45,024 bases of DNA from positions 1 to 45,024 of the forward strand of contig CBDVDV010000005.1 of NCBI GenBank assembly GCA_965372835.1, given 5' to 3'. Shown one piece after another: positions 43,858-45,024 of this stretch. The DNA is from an uncultured bacterium (GTDB lineage: Bacteria; Planctomycetota; DG-23; CBDVDV01). Position numbers and translations under genes: made by a program. The notes below the pieces were generated by a model. That model saw only the letters and a list, made by a program, of their open reading frames with translations, searched no databases and was not told the DNA's origin. Positions within the stretch are counted from its first letter, which is position 1, and every line of letters begins with the position of its first letter.

Positions 43858-44146
43858 GGCGAAAATCACAGTTTATTCTACTGATGAACTTTAGCAGGAT
43901 GCTTCCTCCGAGCAGCCGCTTCTTTCAGAGACGGCGCCTTTGGCCCAAGTATGCCGATAGGAGTGCTTCTCCTTGCATAGAACATGAGATAAGCGGCTGG
44001 TTTTCGGACCCGCACCGGGTTGGAGGAAAGTTGACTCCAACGTTCTTTGCCGACATCCTACTTGGTCGAGCCTGCTTCACCATCGTGCCCGGAGCATTGG
44101 CGCATCGGCTGGGGGGCTCGGGAGGCGGAGTGGCGAGGGATCGAAC

Positions 44147-45024
44147 GTGGGCAGAGGACATGTGCTGGTGAAGGCAACGGCTGTCGGGCTCTGCCTTGGG
44201 TGTGTTGTGGCTGTGGCTGGGTGTGCGGAGATGTGGACTGGAGGGCGAGCGGTGTGTCCGGCGAATGAGTTGCTGGTCGCTGACCTGGGCAGCGGACGGG
44301 TCCTGTGTATCGACGAGGAGCAGGGCTTTGAGAAGAGTCTATGGGTCTGGAAGCCCGCCGAGGCCCAGGACATGACCCAGGAGCAGCGGGCACTCTTCCC
44401 CGAGATGTGTGAATGCAAGCCAGGCATCTATCGGGGCCAGCGTGTCTTTCTCGCCTGCTCCTACCCAACGGGGTTCGCAGTGGTGCGGATGAGCGACCGG
44501 AAGGTGCTCTTCGTCGCCCCGGCGCCCAAGAACGTCCACTCAGCGGAGGTGCTTCCCGATGGCAACCTGGTGGCGGTGTCGTCCATCGGTGGGGATGCGG
44601 TGCGCGTCTATTCCACGACGACAGGTGAAACGCGCGATTACCCACTCCCGGGCGGCCATGGCGTCGTGTGGGACGCCAAGAGGCAGTGTCTCTGGGCGCT
44701 GGGAAACGAAGTGCTCCAGCGCTACTCCTACGCGAGCGACCGTGACCATCCCGCGCTCACTCTCGAAGCGACCGTTGAACTCCCGCAGCCCGGCGGCCAC
44801 GAGCTCTACCCACGGGTCGGCCGCGACGAGCTCTTCGTGACCACGCGGAACAAGGTCTGGGCCTTTCACCCCGACTCCACCCGCTTCGTGCGCCTGAGGG
44901 AGTTCTATCACGAAAGGGGAAACGTCAAGAGTGTGGGCGAGGATGCCCCCGACGGCCGCATCGCCTACACCCTCTGGGACGACACCATCCGCCTGCTCAA
45001 CCCCGAAGCCAAACTCGTCCTTCC
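44147..45024 (+). CDS. Putative lipoprotein, beta-propeller-like (DUF6528-like), truncated at window end
   Basis: Open frame from GTG 44147 to the window end (not in ORF track because no stop); lipobox VAGC; NVHSAEVLPDGNLVA, GHGVVWD..LWALG, GHELYP. Confidence 0.75.
   Translation, partial: MGRGHVLVKATAVGLCLGCVVAVAGCAEMWTGGRAVCPANELLVADLGSGRVLCIDEEQGFEKSLWVWKPAEAQDMTQEQRALFPEMCECKPGIYRGQRVFLACSYPTGFAVVRMSDRKVLFVAPAPKNVHSAEVLPDGNLVAVSSIGGDAVRVYSTTTGETRDYPLPGGHGVVWDAKRQCLWALGNEVLQRYSYASDRDHPALTLEATVELPQPGGHELYPRVGRDELFVTTRNKVWAFHPDSTRFVRLREFYHERGNVKSVGEDAPDGRIAYTLWDDTIRLLNPEAKLVL

Noticed and set aside
1-45024. CRISPR arrays, tRNA/rRNA genes, transposases, integrases, prophage or defence systems
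   Set aside because: No regularly spaced repeats, cloverleafs or relevant protein motifs were seen by eye.

Overview
GC-rich chromosomal window, probably from an anaerobic Planctomycetota/PVC-group bacterium (inferred from a Minf_1886-like gene, McsA ending in CPxD, and a DUF6785-type membrane protein). It is densely coding, with no transposase, prophage or CRISPR array visible. The left part holds purQ, lpdA-lipB-lipA plus a stand-alone lipoyl-domain protein, tmk-holB-PSP1, rplM-rpsI, an orphan sensor kinase, a secreted CBM/GH-like protein, feoB with a DtxR-FeoA regulator, trpE, queD-HPS/RraA-AcsE-like, mcsA-mcsB, pta-coaD, and a D-aminoacylase/C26 hydrolase/RraA/membrane-protein cluster. 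The main feature is an 18-gene minus-strand operon (28859-43484) for a group 4 [NiFe]-hydrogenase with intact L1/L2 cysteines, a full Mrp-type antiporter module and a maturation protease. The operon is headed by an unusual soluble module: AsrA/HydB-like, AsrB/HydG-like FAD/NAD(P) subunit, a molybdopterin-fold subunit lacking a Mo ligand, and a 4x[4Fe-4S] protein. A near-consensus Rex box sits on its predicted promoter, which suggests an NAD(H)-coupled, ion-translocating hydrogenase. Upstream lies a candidate 6S-like structured ncRNA. All calls come from motif recognition by eye; no database searches were run.
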